A stretch of DNA of 64,000 nt from positions 485,381 to 549,380 of the forward strand of contig CAVYRK010000002.1 of NCBI GenBank assembly GCA_963770955.1, given 5' to 3'. A program made the translations under genes and the position numbers. The DNA comes from an uncultured Actinomycetota bacterium (lineage in GTDB: Bacteria; Actinomycetota; UBA4738). The notes below the pieces were generated by a model, which was not told the DNA's origin, ran no database searches, and saw only the letters and a list, made by a program, of their open reading frames with translations. Each line of letters begins with the position of its first letter. The first letter of the stretch is position 1. This document shows, piece after piece, positions 61,399 to 64,000 of the stretch.

Positions 61399-62422
61399 CG
61401 CCCGCGTCGGCCGAACCGACTCCCGTTTCGGAGACCCTCGCGTCCGCGATGGATCGTGCCGCCTCGGTGCTGTCGACGGCGCCCCGGGTTGCGCTGGTCT
61501 GCCACATCAACCCCGACCCCGACGCGATCGGCTCCATGCTCGGCCTGGCCGGCGCGCTGCGCGGACGCGGCGTCGAGGTGGTGTGCTCGTGGGCGAACGA
61601 CCCGATGGAACGCCCGAACTGGCTCGACCTGGTGGGAGACGTCGCGCCGATCGTCGACTGGTCCTCCTTCCCGCACGCGCCGGAGGTCATGGTGACGCTC
61701 GACGCGGCGTCGATCGACCGCCTCGGGGTCCTCGAGGACCGCGTGGCGCGCGCCGGGGAGACCATCGTGATCGACCACCACGTCACGAACCCGGGGTTCG
61801 GGACGATCAACGTCATCGACTCGCACGCGTCGTCCTCGGCCGAGGTCGCGTACCGCCTGATCCGGCAGATGGGTCTGTCGCTGACGGACGCGGCGGCCGC
61901 GTGCCTGTACGCGGGCATCGTCACCGACACCGGCCGGTTCCAGTACGGGGCGACGACGCCGGAGACGCTGCGCGCGGCGGCCGAGCTCCGCGAGCACGGG
62001 TTCGACCACGCCCGGCTGGCCCAGGCGCTGTACGAGGACGGGTCGTTCGCCTTCCTGCGGGTGCTCGGGCCGGCGCTCGACCGCGTCCAGTTGCTGCCGG
62101 ACGCGGGTCCGGGTCTGGTGTGGACGTACATCACCCAGGAGGACCTGGCGCGGGCGGGAGCGACGATGTCGGAGACCGACGACCTCATCGACGTGATCCG
62201 CACGGCCCGTGAGGCCGACGTCGCCTGCGCGCTGAAGCAGCAGCCCGACGGGCTGTACAAGGTGAGCCTCCGGTCGCGCGGCGCAACGAACGTGGGGGCC
62301 ATCGCCGCGGCGCACGATGGCGGCGGCCACCGGCTGGCGGCGGGGTACACGTCGACGCTCGACGTCGCCGGGCACGATCGACGCGATCGTCGCCGCCCTG
62401 CGCGCAGTCGCCGGGGGAATGA
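61395..62422 (+). pseudogene. nrnA: DHH/DHHA1 phosphoesterase (NrnA/CnpB-like); +1 break at 62370-72 and a probable second in the G-run 62413-17
   Basis: ATG 61395 (ATGA junction with rbfA). VCHINPDPDAIGS, IDHH, GIVTDTGRFQY and GGGHRLAAG are in ORF 61278. The tail GTIDAIVAALRAV is in ORF 62317. Confidence 0.85.
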
Positions 62423-63295
62423 CCGCGCCGCCCGACGGGCTGCTGCTGATCGACAAGCCGGCCGGCATCACCTCGCACGACGCGGTGGACCGCGGTGCGC
62501 CGTGCGCTCGGAATCCGCAAGGTCGGCCACGCCGGCACGCTCGACCCGATGGCGACCGGCCTGCTGCTGATGGGCGTCGGCCGGGCCACGCGGCTGCTGC
62601 GGTTCCTCGGCGACCTGCCCAAGGAGTACGAGGGCGCGGGCGATCCTCGGGGTGGAAACCGACACGCTCGACGCGGACGGCGAGGTCGTTCGGCACCGAC
62701 GACGGATGGCGCGTCCGCGGTCACGCGAGACCGAGCTGCGCGCGGCGATGGCGGCGCTGACCGGCGAGCTGTCGCAGACGCCGCCGGCGTACTCGGCCGT
62801 GAAGGTGGAAGGCGAGCGGCTGTACAAGGCGGCGCGCCGCGGCGAGGCGCGCGACGCGCCGCCGCGCGCGGTCCGCGTGGACGCGTTCGACCTCGAGTCG
62901 TTCGTCGTCGCCCGCGTTCTCGTTCCTGTGTTCGGTGCTCGAGCGGGACGTACGTCCGCGTCGCTGGTTCGCGACGTCGGCGCGGCGCTCGGCTGCGGCG
63001 CGCACCTGATCGCGCTTGCGCCGAACGGCGATCGGGCCGTTCCGCGCCGAGGACGCCCGGCCGCCGGAGGACCCGGGAACGCCACTCGGCGCGGTCGCGG
63101 CGGTCGAGCATCTTCCTTCGGTCGACTTGTCGGCGGAGGAGGCCGTCGGCGGCGTCGCACGGCCGCATCCTCGGCCCGGCCGGCATCGCCGGGCCGTACC
63201 GGGTGCACGCGCCGGACGGCCGCCTGGTCGGCATCTACCACGACGACGGCTCGAAGGCCGTCCCCGAGGTGATCCTGTCGGTCCCTGTACCCTGA
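62419..63295 (+). pseudogene. truB: tRNA pseudouridine55 synthase TruB; at least 7 +1 breaks (~62485, ~62640, ~62910, ~62927, ~62959, 63016-17, ~63160) and possibly 3 more compensating ones at 62691-62726
   Basis: [80 protein letters not shown] and RRTAIGPF rotate through all three frames (ORFs 62317, 62495, 62652, 63016). Confidence 0.9.
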
Positions 63296-63300
63296 CCGCC

Positions 63301-64000
63301 GTGGAGGTCGTTCGCGGCATCGAGGCGCTGCCGCCCGGGAGGGGCCCGCCGTCGTCACGGTCGGGTTCTTCGACGGCGTCCACCTCGGCCACCAGGCGGT
63401 CATCACGCCGGACCGTGTCGCTGGCCCGCGAGCGCGGCCTGCCGTCGTGGCGGTCACGTTCGACCGGCATCCGCGCGAGGTGTTCGCGCCCGGGACGGAG
63501 CCCCGCCAGCTCACGTCGCCGGGCCGCAAGGCGGAGCTGATCGAGGCGCTCGGCGTGGACACGCTGCTCGTCCTGGCGTTCACCGAGGAGTTCAGCCGGG
63601 TTCCCGCCGACGAGTTCGCGAAGCAGATCCTGGTGGAGAAGCTCCGGGCCGAGCACGTCGTCGTCGGCGAGAACTTCACGTTCGGCCACAAGGCGCTCGG
63701 CGACGTCGAGACCCTGATCGACCTCGGCCGCACGCTCGGCTTCGGCGCCGAGGGCGTCCCGCTGCTGGAGATCGCCGGCCGGACCGTGTCCTCGACCGCC
63801 ATCCGGCAGGCGCTGGCCGACGGCGACGTCACGTGGCCGCGACTGGCGCTCGGCCGCCGCTACCGCGTGGACGGCCGCGTCGGCGAGGGGGCCGGCCGCG
63901 GACGGACGCTGGGGTGGCCGACCGCCAACCTCGACCTGCCGCCGAAGATGCTGCTGCCCGGCAAGGGCGTGTACGCGGGCAAGGCGCGGCTCCCCGCCGG
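63301..64000 (+). pseudogene. ribF: Bifunctional riboflavin kinase/FAD synthetase, 3' end cut by window edge; breaks at ~63346 (-1), ~63404 (+1), ~63443 (-1)
   Basis: GTG 63301. VVTVGFFDGVHLGHQAVI, TVSLARERGLP, VAVTFDRHPREV, VVVGENFTFGH, then the kinase part GRGRTLGWPTANL. The frame stays open to base 64000. Confidence 0.88.

Overview
This is a very GC-rich (codon third positions almost always G/C) segment of core chromosome with actinobacterial-type gene order. The order runs ddl, pckA, thiL-thiD, rpmB, yloV-recG-rsmD-coaD-yceD-rpmF-rnc-mutM-acyP-smc-ftsY, ffh-rpsP-KH-rimM-trmD-rplS-lepB-rnhB, yraN-comM-dprA-xerC-whiG, rpsB-tsf-pyrH-frr-cdsA-dxr-rseP, ispG, trpE-trpG (minus strand), and proS, rimP-nusA-ylxR-infB-rbfA-nrnA-truB-ribF. 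A few lineage-specific inserts sit between these: an amine-oxidase trio, an M23 peptidase / beta-propeller / membrane-protein set, a two-component system plus yjbQ, and two secreted proteins. I recognised no rRNA, tRNA, CRISPR array, transposase or prophage, and I did not find a convincing novel multi-gene system. The dominant anomaly is technical-looking. From about 10.28 kb to 63.45 kb at least 55 single-nucleotide frame breaks, mostly one extra base, interrupt about 30 otherwise recognisable and largely essential genes. The first 10 kb has none, and several multi-kb stretches are clean. Disrupted genes are typed 'pseudogene' because the sequence as given cannot encode them intact, but I think consensus indel error is far more likely than real decay. 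Other items worth a second look: a Trp-codon-rich leader ORF plus hairpin/T-tract attenuator upstream of trpE; a 17-bp tandem triplication of the ispG start creating two 7-codon uORFs; a 16/16/17-nt tandem repeat in the nusA tail; an intrinsic terminator inside the rimP-nusA-infB leader; and unusual N-terminal extensions on whiG and cdsA. All calls come from reading the ORF translations and the DNA by eye. No searches were run.
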